A DNA stretch of 64,000 nucleotides from Heterodontus francisci (GCF_036365525.1 NC_090397.1:51884318-51948317); one strand, 5' to 3'. Counted from the stretch's first letter, positions 1-13,039 are shown. The notes: generated by a model from the letters alone, not told the origin. Numbers and translations are program-made.

Positions 1-1168
1 GCGGGGGGATCTTTATCACTCAAAGGGTAATTGAGTTGCGGAATAAGTAACCAAGTAATGACATTGAAATGGATGATGTAAATGGAATCAGAAGATAATT
101 ACATGTGTTCCTATGTAGAGAAGGGATGAGGGGTATGGCGAGGAGTTGAGTTGAGGGATGGATTGAAAATTGTACTTTGTTGCCTTCACCTTTCTTACAA
201 TGGATTCCCGATCATAAACACTCCGAATGAAAAGGCGGCAGCCTGGCCAACAGAACCAGAATATGGACTCACTGATTAACTGTATACCTGGATCAGAGAA
301 GAATTCACTTCCGTTGATCGTATGCTACTGATGAGAACAAATTTACTGCCCTCCACTTCACCACTCACTGTTGACAATTCCCCCTCACAAGAATTATCAC
401 TCTTTGAGCTTGGTTTGTGAATTTGTTTGTTGGGCTGTGGGAACCAGTGCACTGGTATCAGGTAAGGGTATTAAAGCATACAGAACCAAAGTGGGTAAAT
501 GTTGAGGAACAGATCAGCGATGATCTGATGAATGGCAAAACAGCTCTGACAGGCTGAATGACATCCTCGTGTTCCTATGGCCACTGACTGGTATATTCAT
601 TGGCAGCTGGGCAATGGGTGGGGGAATGATTGGCAGGACCCGTGTCACCATTTTAGGCATCCACCTGGTGTGCCAAAAGTAATGGGCTCTATGACTTTAG
701 CAATTGGCCCAAGGCCTGTACAGCTAGGGTGTGGGTTGTCCCACTGGTAAATTGGTCTCCTTTGTGCCTGTTATCTGAAAAATGATTGCAACATATCCCA
801 ATTTCCACCCCCAAATGTCTGCAAGCTATATGATCACACGAGGCATCATCACCTCCTGTCCTTGGGCACAGCTCACACTTGCTACATTTGTAGTATGTTC
901 CAGCAGATCACATCAGGAATGCAGGGACCATGGCAGATTTGGCCTTTCCCTATCCCAGGGTCCTCCTGAGGCACAATGAGCTGAGCAGCTGTTCCTCACT
1001 TGAGACTGAGATTGAACATGAGGCCTCCCTGCTTTCAGTTCCACACCATTTAGGAAGAGAGTGTTTTATGTACGGTCTCAATTTAAAAGAAATGCATGGA
1101 ATTATTTGTGTTGCATTACTAACATGTGGAGAGACTTAGAAGTTTAACCCTTTGTGATTTTTTCCCAG

Positions 1169-1258
1169 GTGAACTTGCATAAAAGCTACCCCAAGTACAC
1201 TTTTGGAATCCACCACTCTGACTACCTCGCACCCCTTATTGTGGCTCCCTCAGACTAA
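1169..1258 (+). CDS. Terminal coding exon of ODF3/CIMAP1-family gene, copy 1 (upstream exons left of window)
   Basis: tttttcccag acceptor, then VNLHKSYPKYTFGIHHSDYLAPLIVAPSD*; resembles the ODF3 C-terminus (..TFGIKHSDYMTPL..); AATAAA at 1443-1448. Confidence 0.85.
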   Translation: MNLHKSYPKYTFGIHHSDYLAPLIVAPSD

Positions 1259-1442
1259 GAGCCAACAACACCAGCCAGCCCCAATCCCCCAGCACAGTTT
1301 TACAGCCCTGAATTGCAAAAAATGTCAATTTTAATTTTAAAAAAAATCTTTCATTTAAACATTTGATTCTTTCTCATCTTGTGTGTATGATGCAAAACCT
1401 GCCAGCTTTCTATGTTAGGAGCTTGGTGTTGAAATTTAACCC

Positions 1443-1448
1443 AATAAA
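1443..1448 (+). terminator. Candidate poly(A) signal of ODF3-like gene (second copy at 31148-31153)
   Basis: AATAAA 185 nt after the stop codon. Confidence 0.55.
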
Positions 1449-1676
1449 AACACTCATGGTAGTGGTGAGGCACAACGTCAGTGAGATTTGCAGAACTGGG
1501 TTATAGGCAGACTCTAGGCTTATTTGTCTTACAGCAACCTAAACGATGGTACATCCACGATCTATTGCGACTTCTCATCCATCAGAATGGCAAGGAATTC
1601 TATGACCTTTCCCAGGCTGCATGACCAGACTTTTCACTGTGGAGAGGAAACATCCAAGTGAATTCTCTGCAATAAA

Positions 1677-1982
1677 GGGTGGCACAGTGGTGCAGTGGTT
1701 AGCACCGCAGCCTCACAGCTCCAGGGACCCGGGTTCAATTCTGGGTACTGCCTATGTGGAGTTTGCAAGTTCTCCCTGTGACCATGTGGGTTTTCGCCAG
1801 GTGCTCCAAAGACTTGCAGGTGATAGGCAAATTGGCCATTGTAAATTGCTCCTAGTGTAGGTAGGTGGTAGGGAATGTGGGATTACTGTAGGGTTAGTAT
1901 AAATGGGTGGTTGTTGGTCGGCACAGACTCGGTGGGCCGAAGGGCCTGTTTCAGTGCTGTATCTCTAAATAAATAAATAAAT
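1677..1982 (+). mobile_element. tRNA-derived V-SINE (HE1-like); duplicate at 31382-31687
   Basis: tRNA-like head GTGGTGCAGTGGTTAGC..GGTTCAATTC, V-core GTTCTCCCTGTG.., CR1-like tail ending (TAAA)n. Confidence 0.85.
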
Positions 1983-3129
1983 GTGCCTCACTTCGTTATT
2001 TTGCATTGGTCATTGGGGACTTGTCCTGGAGGCTGTAATGAGGTCACCCTACCCTCAGAGGAAGCAGGGTTTTCGTCCAGCAGTCTGGTGGCATGGTGCC
2101 AAAATGAAATTCACTTCGGGCTCATTGACTTGACAGTGAAAATGATCTTAGGAGGCAGTAATGGGGAAGGGAAGGTGAGGGGGACAGGTTTTTGTGCTGT
2201 TTTCTTCTATTTCTTCCCCACACCTGTTGCCAAAGGAGATAGAGATTCACGGCATCTAGGGTTAGATCAGCCAAGCCAAACTACCAAGAAAGAAAAAATC
2301 TTCTCAGTGGAGGTTAGAGGGGGTGACCTCACTGAAGGTTAGAGGGGTGTGTCCGCAGTAGAGGTTAGACAACTTTGGACAACCAGGACAACTTTGCTTC
2401 CATGTTTGGGGATTAGATTACATGGATTGAGAGATAATAAAACATTCAAACAGATGGTACATTACAATATTTACCATTGTGAATGTAGCGATTGTAGACT
2501 AGCTAAGCTGCTCTATAGAGATGTGCATTGTGGGTGTTATGGCCTGAGATACAGAATGGGTAAAAGGAATGGTTCATAATCCAGGGATCTAAATAAATAT
2601 GGGGGGGGGGGGGGTGGGGTTTGCAATTTTTTTAAAAGAGTGTGGGAGAAATTTATAGTAAGGGAAACATAATTAGATTTTACCCTTGTGCATAAGAAAC
2701 TAATAAAATGAAAAAAAAAATCTGTCTGTGCATGTTCTATAAAATGAAAATATAAATGTTTTGAAAATTGAAACGGCATAACAAGACAAGGTAATTTTCC
2801 CAAGAAATTCCTAATTTTTTGATATTTCTCAATCCTATCTACCGTCTTACTGTATCCCCCATCCCCACATATCCACTTTGTCACCTTATCCCGCAATCCT
2901 ACCCACCTTTGCACCACATCTCCCAATCTCTTCTATCCACCTTCAGATCCTTTTCTTCAAACCCAGAAACATTTAATACGCTGTCACCTCACTTGCACTT
3001 TATGCTTCAATGTTCTTCAATGATAACTTGCTCCACATTAAGCACTGAACTATACATTGGCGTCCTCCCTCCCACCACTCTTGATTAAATACTGAACTGT
3101 ACAGCACGGACACACCTTCACTCATTACA

Positions 3130-4612
3130 TGGACAGCACGGAAACAGGACATTCAGCCCAACAAGTTCATGCCGGCATTTATGCTCCACTTGAGCCTCCT
3201 CCCATATTTCCTTATCTAATTCTATCAATATAACCCTCTAATCCCTTCTCCCTCACATATCTAGTTTCCGCTTAAATGCATTATATTATTCACCTCAACT
3301 ACTGCCTGTGGTACCGAGGTTCACATTCTCACCACTCTCTGGGTAAAAGTCTCTTCTGAATTCCCTATTTAATTATCCTATATTGGTGGCTTCTAAGAGA
3401 TGGTAATCGGACAAGTAAAGAAACAAAAGATGGGTCTAAATGGGGTGTAAATGGGTAAAGCAGAATCATCGGCAACATAATTTTAAAGACCTCTGTCATG
3501 TCACCCTCACCCTTTTTTCAAGAAAAAAAAGAGACCCGGCCTCTTTATCCTTCATTCTTCCCTGCTAGGTACAACTTTGTAGTTCTGGTATCATCCTCAT
3601 AGATCTTTTTTTGCACCATTTTCAGTACCTCTGTATACTTTTTATAATAGTGACCAGAACTATAAACAGTACTGTAAGTCTGGTCTAACCAATGTTCAAT
3701 ACAACTTTTGCATAACCTTACTACTTTTCAATTCTATCCCTTTAGAAATAAATCCCAGTTGTTGGTTTTCCTTTTACAAAGCCTTATTAACCTGCGTCAC
3801 TACTTTTTGTGATTTGTGTATTTCTACACCCTTTTCTCTACCACTCCATTTAGATTTTTCTTTTCCAAGTAATATTTGACCTCCATATTTTTCTTAACAA
3901 ACTGTAATGCTTCATACTTACCTATGTTGAAATTCATTTGCCAATTATATGCCCATTATGTAATTTTATTAATGTCTTCTAATTTATTGCAGTCCTGCTC
4001 TGTATAGACCAACCCCTCTCTAACCCCCACCCCCCCAAAAAAAAATTGGTGTCATCTGCAACTTAGAAATTGGGTTCTTGATTCATAAGTTTAAATCGTT
4101 AATATAAATTGTGAACTGTGGTCCCAGTACTGATTCTTGTGGAACCCCACTTCCCACCTCTGCCACTTATCCCTGACTCTGTATGCTTTGACCTTATTCA
4201 TTAGTCTATTATGTGGTACCTTTTCGAAGGCCTTTTAGAAATCAGGATATATTCCATTTATTATATTACTCTTGTCTACTCTGTTCCCTCTTCAAAGAAT
4301 TCTATGAGGTCAGTCAAACAAGACTTTCCCTTTTGAAACTCATGCTGAGTATTCATTACTTTTTTTTGGTTTCTAGATGTTTTCTATTTTCCCCCTCAAT
4401 AGGGATTACTTCATCTTTCCTACAACTGATATTGGTGGACTTATTATTCCCTGAGCAAGTTTTATCTCCATTCTTAAATATAAGTATAATATTAGCTATC
4501 CACCAGGCCTTTGACCTACACTTTTTTGTAACAAACTATTAAATATGTGTAATAGTGCCTCTGCTATCTCTTCCCTAGATTCTTTTAAAATGCTTGGATA
4601 CAATCCACCAGG
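3130..4612 (-). mobile_element. Old degraded CR1 LINE (also in duplicate copy ~32836-34317)
   Basis: Reverse CR1 3' tail at ~3140 and RT-region remnants; boundaries approximate. Confidence 0.6.
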
Positions 4613-5201
4613 ACTCCTGATTTAAGACTTAATTTTATGTGGACACCTGCTCTCCTGAATAAACAATGAACAATTCATGGGCACACCACTCCTCGTTAAA
4701 CAGTGAATTGTACAAACTTTAAAAATTTGTATAATAGTCTAAAATTGGTAACCTGTTTTAGGTGTCTCCCGATTTTAATTCTATTCAACGATGAGGAGCT
4801 GAGGGGGGAGGAAAGTGGGGTCTCTCTGGAATTGAGTTGGCATTACAATGATATACAACTGGTGCTAAAGGTTTGGAACTGAGTCAGCCCTTCGTGACAG
4901 ACTTGCTAATCGACATCCGTGATTAAAGTTTCAAAACAACTTCATTGATTGAGGTCATGAAAGGCGCTATATAAATGCAAGTTCATCTTTCATTGATTGG
5001 TGAGCCAAGTGTGTCTGCAATACTCATGTGATCTGATGATTGTCCAGCTGGCCTGGCTCAATAGTGGGATTAAGAGAGGTAGACTCATCAATGGAGGCTG
5101 GGATTCCTTCCACTCAGTCAATATACCACTGATTCTCTGACTCTCAATCCCATCAACCTGCCCCCAATGATGGCTGCATAAATGCATGGCTCAGGATATG
5201 A

Positions 5202-5770
5202 ACTGGACCAACCATGTAATTACTATGGGTACAAAAGCAGATGAGAAGCTGGAAATCCTGTGGCGAGTAACTCACCTCCTGACTCCCCAAAGTATCTGTC
5301 CACCATCTACAAGGCACAAGTCAGGAGTGTGATGGAATACTTTCCCCATGCCTGGATGAATGCAGCTCCAACAACACACAAGAAGCTTGACACCATCCAG
5401 GACAAAGCAGCCCACTTGATTGACACCCCACTCACAAACATTCACTTCCTCCACCACTGACGCACAGTGACAGCAGTGTATACCATATACTAGATACAAG
5501 GCTCCTTCGACAGCACCTTCCAAACCACGAACTCTAACACTTAGAAGGACAAGGACAGCAGATGCATGGGAACACCACCACCTGCAAGTTCCCCTCCAAG
5601 TCACACACCATCCTGACTCAGAACTATATTGCCATGGGTGTACCTACACTACAGGGACTGCAGTGGTTTCAGAAAGCAGCTCACTACCACCTTCTCAAGG
5701 GCAATTAGGGATGGGTGATGAATGCTGGCCGAGCCAGCAGTACCCACAACCTGTGAAAGAATAAAAAATG
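5202..5770 (+). mobile_element. 3' fragment of a CR1/L2-group LINE starting exactly at the duplication junction
   Basis: LSTIYKAQVRSVMEY..KKLDTIQDKAAHLI; 3' tail ..gaaagaataaaaaa. Confidence 0.75.
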
Positions 5771-6912
5771 AACTAAAGGGCTGTCAATTCTTTGGCCCCT
5801 AGTTTCAGGCACGAAGACTGTGACTAGACCCCAAAATGCACCCAAACCAGGAAGCCCGAAGCTGGCCAGAATTTGGGCTTTGATGTTCATGTAGATAATC
5901 TGGGCGAGCTGCCAGGGCCTGTCACTTCTCTGCAGGACACTTGCACTTCTCCCAGGGATGAGTTTCAAGCCTGACTCACCAACAGTGCCTTATTTTGTGG
6001 CGGGCGGGGGGAAAGTGGGGGCTGGGGTGGTGTATGGAGGTGGATGGGGGTGGGGTGGAGGACAACACAAGAGGGAGAGGAGGATAATGGGGGAGCCAAT
6101 AATAGTCCTCAGAGGCACAGTGGAGACAATCGGCACATTGCTGCTCCTAATGGAGACTTGCATGAGCTGACTTGTGAGATCAATCAGGGTCAGCACAGTA
6201 CAACATCAGTCAGTGCAAGTCCAAGCTAAGGAAAAGGAGGAGGCTATTCAGCCCCTCAAGTCCCTTCTTGCATTCTATTAGATCATGTTTGATCTGTATC
6301 TTAACTCTGTTTATCTGTTTTTGCTTCACACGGTCTCTATAGTGCACTGAAGTGTCAGCCAAAATTATGTGCTCAAGTCCTGAGGTGGGGCTTGAACTAA
6401 CAACCCTCTGCCTCAGGTGAGAGTGCTACTATGAGTCAAGGCTAGCACTGAATACTTTAGTGACATGTAACATCCCAGTCCTATGTTATCGGTGTTTGTC
6501 TTTGCCTTTTGAACTCGACTTGACTGCATTCTCTGGGCTTTCTGCCCTTTATGCCATGTATTCCCTGATAGGAACAGCCCATCAAGCCTATCCCGCCATC
6601 CAATTAGATCATTGCTGACCTATACCCAAATTCTATTTACCTTCCTTACCTCTATATCACTTGATACCCTTACCCAACAAAAATCTATCTATCTCAGTCT
6701 AGAATGTTTCAATCCACAGCCTTTTGGGGAGAGAGTTCAAGATTTCCACTACCATTTGTGTGGAGAAAGTTCTTCTAGACTTCACTCTGAAATAGCCTAG
6801 CTCTAATGTTATGATTATGCTCCCTTGTTCTGGAATCCCCTGCCCAGAAGAGAATGGTCTCCCTGTATCTTGTCTATTGAATCCCTTTATCATTTTAATT
6901 ACCTCAATTAGA

Positions 6913-7240
6913 GGGTGGCCCAGTGGTTAGCACCGCAGCCTCGCTGCTCCAGTAACCCGGGTTCAGTTCTGGGTACTGTCTGTGTGGCGTTTGTAAGTTC
7001 TCCCTGTGACTGTGTGGGTTTCTACCAGGTGCTCTGGTTTTCTCCCACAGCCAAAGACTTGCAGGTTGATAGGTAAATTTCCCCTAGTGTAGGTAGGAGA
7101 ATAGTAGGGAATATGGGATTAATGCAGGAGGGGATGTGGGAGGGAATATGGGTTTATGTAGGATTAGTTTAAGTGGGTAGTTGATGGTCAGCACAGACTC
7201 AGTGGGCTGAAGGGCCTGTTTCAGTGTTGTATGACTCTCT
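6913..7240 (+). mobile_element. V-SINE (HE1-like); duplicate at 13535-13862
   Basis: Same head/core/tail as the 1677 copy. Confidence 0.8.
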
Positions 7241-7540
7241 AGATCATGACTCAACCATCTAAAAATCAAGGGAATATATGCCAAGTTTATGTAACCTTCC
7301 ACACAATATACTCCTGTCAGCCCTCAGGGACATAACAATTACAGAAATATTTGGTGGAGAAGGAAAGATGTATTTATAGTTTGATATATTTCTTAACCTT
7401 CACTATAAAAAGCCACACCTTGGACAGACAGCAAAGCTGCTCCTTTATATCACTGGCAGAGATTGATCTACATCATTATTTATCTATGCGTTGTGGGTAA
7501 GGAAAATAATTCACTTATTTTCTCAGGGCCAATCAAAACA

Positions 7541-7637
7541 TTCCGAAGAAGGGACGCTGACCCGAAACGTTAACTCTGCTTCTCTTTCCACAGATGCTGC
7601 TAGACCTGCTGAGTGATTCCAGCATTTCTTGTTTTTG
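7541..7637 (+). mobile_element. Penelope-derived fragment with degenerate minimal hammerhead; duplicate at 14163-14259
   Basis: CCGAAGA-AGGG-acgctga-CCC-GAAAC-GTTA followed by cacagatgctgc..cctgctgag. Confidence 0.55.
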
Positions 7638-7963
7638 TGTGTGAAAAACATTTCTTTATTGTATTTGGTTGGGTTTCTGAGAAACTTCTCTTGATCTTCT
7701 GATAGTTGGCACTCCCTATTTCAACACTAATGCAGTGTGCTGAATGAGCAACAGCCCAGAAGAGTGGTGATGAAAATAGCAGCGTCAGCCGGCATGCCTT
7801 TTTCCCGTGCCAATTACGCCGCCAGCGAGTTTCATCATGGTGGGGGTGGGTCAGCCCCGGGAACCTGCTTGATCCAGTAATGAGTCCAATTAAGATAGCT
7901 CATTGAGAGCTCGTAGAGAGACATATAAAGACCCATGTTTACACTGAAAATACCTCCATCATG

Positions 7964-8265
7964 TTTTTTATTTATTTAGAGATACAGCACTGAAACAGGC
8001 CCTTTGGCCCACCGAGTCTGTGCCGACCAACAACCACCCATTTATACTAACCCTACAGTAATCCCATATGCCCTACCACCTACCTACACAATTTACCTAT
8101 CACCTGCAAGTCTTTTGGCGGTGGGAGGAAACCGGAGCACCCGGAGGAAACTCACGCAGACACAGGGAGAACTTGCAAATTCCACACAGACAGTACCCAG
8201 AATTGAACCCAGGTCCCTGGAGCTGTGAGGCTGCGGTGCTAATCACTGCTCCACTGTGTTGCCCC
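7964..8265 (-). mobile_element. V-SINE (HE1-like), reverse; duplicate at 14586-14887
   Basis: Reverse complement of the SINE at 1677. Confidence 0.85.
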
Positions 8266-8266
8266 C

Positions 8267-9108
8267 TGTTGTGCCGTACTACCACCGTGTTCAATGGGAT
8301 AGATTTAGAACAGATCTGTCAGCTCAAAACTGGGCATCCATGAGGCGCTGCGGACTATCAACAGCAGCAGAATTGTATTCAGACAGAATCTGTAACCTCA
8401 TGGTCCAGCATATCCCTCACTCTACCATTACCATCAAGCCAGGGGATCAACCCTGGCTTATCTGAGGAGTGCAGGAGAACATGCAGCACCACGTATACCT
8501 AAAAATGAGGTGTCAACCCGATGAAGCTACAGCACAGGACTACTTGCTTGCCGAACAGCAGAAGCAGCGTGCGATAGACAGCTAAGCAATCCCACAACCA
8601 ACAGATCAAATCAAAGCTCTGCTGTCCCGGCACATCCAGTCGTGAAAAGTGGTGGACAATTAAACAACTAACATGAGGAGGAGGTTCCACAAATATCCCC
8701 ATTCTCAATGATGGGGGAGCCCAGCACATCAGTGCAAAAGTCAAGCTGAAACATTTATCACCATCTTCAGCCAGAAGTTCCAGGTGGAGGATCCATCTCC
8801 TCCTGAGGTCCCCAGCATTGGAGATGCCAGTCTTCAGCCAATCCAATTCACTCCACGTGATATAAAGAAATGGCTGAAGATACTAGATACTGCAAAGGCT
8901 GTGGATTCTGGCAACATACTGGCAGTAGTACTGAAGACTTGTGCTGCAGAGATAGCCGCGTCCCTAGATAAGTTGTTCAAGTACAGCTATAACACTGGAA
9001 TCTACCCGATAATGTGGAAAATTGCCCGGGTATGACCTGTCCATAAAAAGCAGGGCAAATCCAATCCAGCCAGTTACTGCCCCATCAGTCTACTCTTGAT
9101 CATCAGCC
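8267..9108 (+). mobile_element. Internal LINE ORF2 fragment, degraded; duplicate at 14889-15730
   Basis: IKKWLKILDTAKAVDSGNILAVVLKTCAAEI..WKIARV*PVHKK. Confidence 0.75.
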
Positions 9109-9560
9109 CATTTATGCACCCACCTAATTTCTTGGGAACGATCATGACTGGCTCCCCTCTTTGTTGCCGCCTCCATGCAACAGGCCTGCCCCAACCCAGC
9201 ATGCAACCCATGCCCGCTCCACCAAAATCTCAATATTTTCTTTTTATTCTTTCATATGATGTGGGCATCACTGGCAAGGCCAGAATTTGTTGACTATCCC
9301 TTATTGCTCTTGAGAAGGTGGTGGTGAGCTTCCTTCTTGAACCTCTGCAGTCCATCTGGTGCAGTACACCCACAGTACTGTTAGGGAGGGAGTTCCAGGA
9401 TTTTTATCCAGCGACAGTAAAGGAATGCTGATATATTTCCAAGTCAGGATGGTGGGTGACTTGGAGGGGAACTTGCAGGTGGTGATGTTCCCACGTGCCT
9501 GCTGCCCTTGTTCTTCTAGGTGGAAGAGATCACGGTTTTGGTAGGTGCTGTCAAAGGACT

Positions 9561-9684
9561 GACTGACCAGCGAGATAGATTCATCAACAGGAAGGGGTTC
9601 CATTCCCTCAACGTTCAGCAGGTCTGCGACCACAACAAGAGTTTCCTGCATGTGCGCATTCACTTTCCTGGCAGCTGCCATGAC
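9561..9684 (+). pseudogene. Harbinger (HARBI1-like) DDE transposase, middle fragment; duplicate at 16183-16306
   Basis: [40 protein letters not shown] (NRKGxxSxNVQ / PGSxHD motifs). Confidence 0.85.
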
Positions 9685-9689
9685 ATATA

Positions 9690-12590
9690 GACAGAAAAAA
9701 GCAGATATGCAAAGGGAGCCTAGATGTGCAGTTCATAGAATGTTTTCAGGATAATTTCACAGAACAGCACATTCTGGAGCCAACCAGACAGCAGGCTATA
9801 CTAGACCTGGTATTGTGTACCAAGATGGAATTAATTAATGACTTCATAGTGAAGGTGCCCCGAGGCAGCAGCAATCATAATATGATTGAATTTTACATTC
9901 AGTTTGAGGGAGAGAAGAGGGACACTCACTCAACCATTGACACACTGGTGCCATCAGGTCTGCTCAGGTTGCAGGCTTGGGCAGTACAGGGTGGTCACTC
10001 TCCTGCCATCACGGGGACATAAAAGAAGGGGGCAAGGCTTCCAGACACAATTGGGAGGCCACCTGAGTGCAAGAAAGGCAGCAGCTAGCAATGGGAGCAC
10101 GACTCAGATTTTGGGTCTGATGGTGATGAGGAGCAAAATTCTTCACAGGAAGGGCTCAGCCATGGCATCAAGAGGGCAGTGGAGAGGGTCTGGAAGGCAA
10201 CGGAGGCCATACCCTCAAAATCCTGGAACTCCCTCCCTAATAGTACTGTGGGTGTACCCACACCAGATGGACTGCAGCAGTTCAAGAAGGCAGCTCACCA
10301 CCACTTTCTCAAGAGCAATTAGGGACTTTGTTGCCACCTCTGTGCCACTGGCCTGAGCCAACCCAGCATGCAACCCGTGCCCCCTGCCCAAAATCTCAAC
10401 ATCTTTTTATTCTTTCATCGGATGTGGGCATCGCTGGCAAGGCCAACATTTGTTGCCCATCCCTAATTGCTCTTGAGAAGGTGGTGGTGAGCTGCCTTCT
10501 TGAACCACTGCCGTCCTTGGGGTTTAGGTACACTAACATTGCTGTTAAGAAGGGAGTTCCAGGATTTTGACCCAGCGACAGTGAAGGAATGGTGATATAT
10601 TTCGAAGTCATGGTGGTAGGTGACTTGGAGGGGAGCTTGCAGGTGGTGGTGTTCCCACGTGTCTGCTATCCTTGATGGCCACATGGGTTCAATCGATGCT
10701 GCCCTGTACCTGGGGGAATCCAGCGATGAGGTGAAACTCACTGTCCCTTGTGGCTGCGAGGCCCCAACTGTCTGGACTTGAATGTACTGCTCAACTATCG
10801 CAAATAGGGCATTAGTAAGCTGTGAGATGCAGGGGTGTGCAGCCGCTTGTGAGATCGCAGCAAGTCTGCAGCTGATCCTTGAAAGGAGCCAGAGGCAAAG
10901 AAGTGCAAGGCCTCAGTGACTCCGACGGCTACTGGCAATTTATGGTGAGCAGTGCTGTGAGGTGTGAGGTCTTCCACGACAAAGGCACATATCTCTGTGA
11001 CCATCTACCTGAAGGTTCATAATCTCCTGCGGCACTGGTTCTCTGACATGTCCAGGTAGCTCCGACTTAGGCTGGAGAGAAGAGTGGGTCTAAGAATAGT
11101 ATTTTAAATTTTAATAAGGGCAGTTATGAGGGCACGATAGCAGAGCTAGCTAAAGTGAACTGGCAAAGTAGATTAAGGGATAGGTCAATAGAGATGCAGT
11201 GGCAGACATTTAAAGGGATATTTCAGAATACACAGAATAGATACATTCCTATGAGAAAGAAAATTTTCAAGGGAAGAATCCATAATCCGTGGTTAAGTAA
11301 AAAAGTTAAAGATAGTATCAAACTTAAAGAAAAAGCCTATAATTGTGCAAAGATGGATGGCAGGTCAGAAGATTGGACAGTGTCATGAAGACCCCCACCT
11401 GCCAAGAATGATTTCCAGAAGGCATTTGATAAGCTGCCACATCAAAGGTTATTGCAGAAAATAAAAACTCATGGTGTAGAGAGTAACATATTGGCATGGA
11501 TAGAAGATTGGCTAGCTAACAGGAAACAGAGAGTAGGCATAAATGGGTCATTTTCTGGTTGACAAGGTGTAATGAGTGGTGTGTCACAGGGATCAGTGCT
11601 GGGGCCTCAACTTTTTACAATTTATATAAATGACCTGGATGAAGGGACCGAAGGTATGGTTGCTAAATTTGCTAATGATATAAAGATAGATAGGAAAGTA
11701 AGTTGTGAAGAGGACATAAGGAGGCTACAAAGGGATATAGATAGGTTAAGTGAATGGGCAAAGATCTGAAAAATGGAGTATAATGTGGGAAAATGTGAAA
11801 TTGTCCATTTTGACAGGGAGAATAAAAAAGAAGCATATTATCTAAATGGTGAGAGATTGCAGAGCTCTGAGATGCAGAGGGATCTGGGTGTCCTAGTGCA
11901 TGAATTGCAAAACGCTAGTATGCAGGTACAGTAAGTAATCAGGAAAGCTAATAGAATGTTATCATTTAATGCAAGGGGATTTGAATACAAAAGTAGGGAG
12001 GTCATGCTTCAGTTATACAGGGATGTGAGACCACATCTGGAGTATTGTGTATAGTAATGGTCACCTTATTTAAGGAAGGATGTAAATGAATTGGAAGCAG
12101 TTCAGTGAAGGTTTACTGGACGAAAACCTGGAATGGGCGGGTTGTCTTATGAGGAAAGGTTGTACAGGCTAGGCTTGTTCCACTGGAGTTTTGGACAGTT
12201 AGAGGTGACTTGATTGAAACATATAAGATCCTGAGGGCTCTTGATAGGGTGAATGTGGAAAGGATGTTTCCTCTTGTGGGAGAATCTAGAACTAGGTGTC
12301 GCTGTTTAAAAATAAGGGGTCGCCCATTTCAGACAGAGATGAGGAGAAATTTTTTCTCTCAGAGGGTCGTGAGTCTTTGGAACTCTGTTCCTCAAAAGGC
12401 GGTGAAAGCAGAGTATTTAAATATTTTTAAGGTAGAGGTAGATAGATTCTTGATAAGCAAGGGGGTGAAAGTATTGGGGATAGGCGGGAATGTGGAGTTG
12501 AGGTTACAATCAGATCAGCCATGATCTTGTTGAATGGCAGAGCAGGCTTGAGGGGCCAAGTGGCCTACTCCTGCTCCTAATTCACATGTT
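9690..12590 (+). mobile_element. CR1 LINE nested in Harbinger, interrupted at 9920-11073 and internally deleted at ~11381; duplicate at 16312-19212
   Basis: EPTRQQAILDLVL, DFQKAFDKLPH, SGVSQGSVLGPQLFTIYINDL, KFAND, RRNFFSQRVV, CR1 3' tail. Confidence 0.9.
10671..11072 (-). pseudogene. Harbinger transposase N-terminal fragment, inverted; duplicate at 17293-17694
   Basis: SYLDMSENQCRRR..VTEALHFFASGSFQ..IAGFPQVQGSID*THVAIK. Confidence 0.85.
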
Positions 12591-12839
12591 CGTATCCCCC
12601 AGCAATCCAGGCTGCTACAACTCTTCATTTCACCACCACCCACCATCGCAACCCCCCCCCACCCCACCCACCCAAACTACATGCTTGGATTCTAGGGGAC
12701 AAGGAATATCCCTTGAAGAGATGGCTACTCACCCCTTTATGAGACCCTGACACAAAGACACAGAGGCGTTACAAACAAAGCCATCTGCTCACTAGGACCA
12801 CCACCAAGCAGGCTTTTGGGCTTCTGAAAATGCAGTTCC

Positions 12840-13039
12840 NNNNNNNNNNNNNNNNNNNNNNNNNNNNNNNNNNNNNNNNNNNNNNNNNNNNNNNNNNNNN
12901 NNNNNNNNNNNNNNNNNNNNNNNNNNNNNNNNNNNNNNNNNNNNNNNNNNNNNNNNNNNNNNNNNNNNNNNNNNNNNNNNNNNNNNNNNNNNNNNNNNNN
13001 NNNNNNNNNNNNNNNNNNNNNNNNNNNNNNNNNNNNNNN
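12840..13039. other. Assembly gap (200 N)
   Basis: N run. Confidence 1.

Larger units (their letters stand above)
1..5201 (+). repeat. Segmental duplication copy A (matches 29706-34906; probably continues left of window)
   Basis: Offset 29705, same ORF set; few differences (998A/30703T, 3052A/32758G, G14 vs G15 run); identity ends at ..ggatatga. Confidence 0.95.
6418..12839 (+). repeat. 6.4-kb block repeated at 13040-19461 across the gap
   Basis: Offset 6622; identical ORFs; both copies abut the N-run. Confidence 0.95.

Noticed and set aside
1677-1750. tRNA gene-like A/B boxes
   Set aside because: Head of a SINE repeated many times in the window
2037-2333. Imperfect ~20-bp inverted repeat (gaggtcaccct / gggtgacctc)
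   Set aside because: Too short and degenerate, no TSD; cannot support a MITE call
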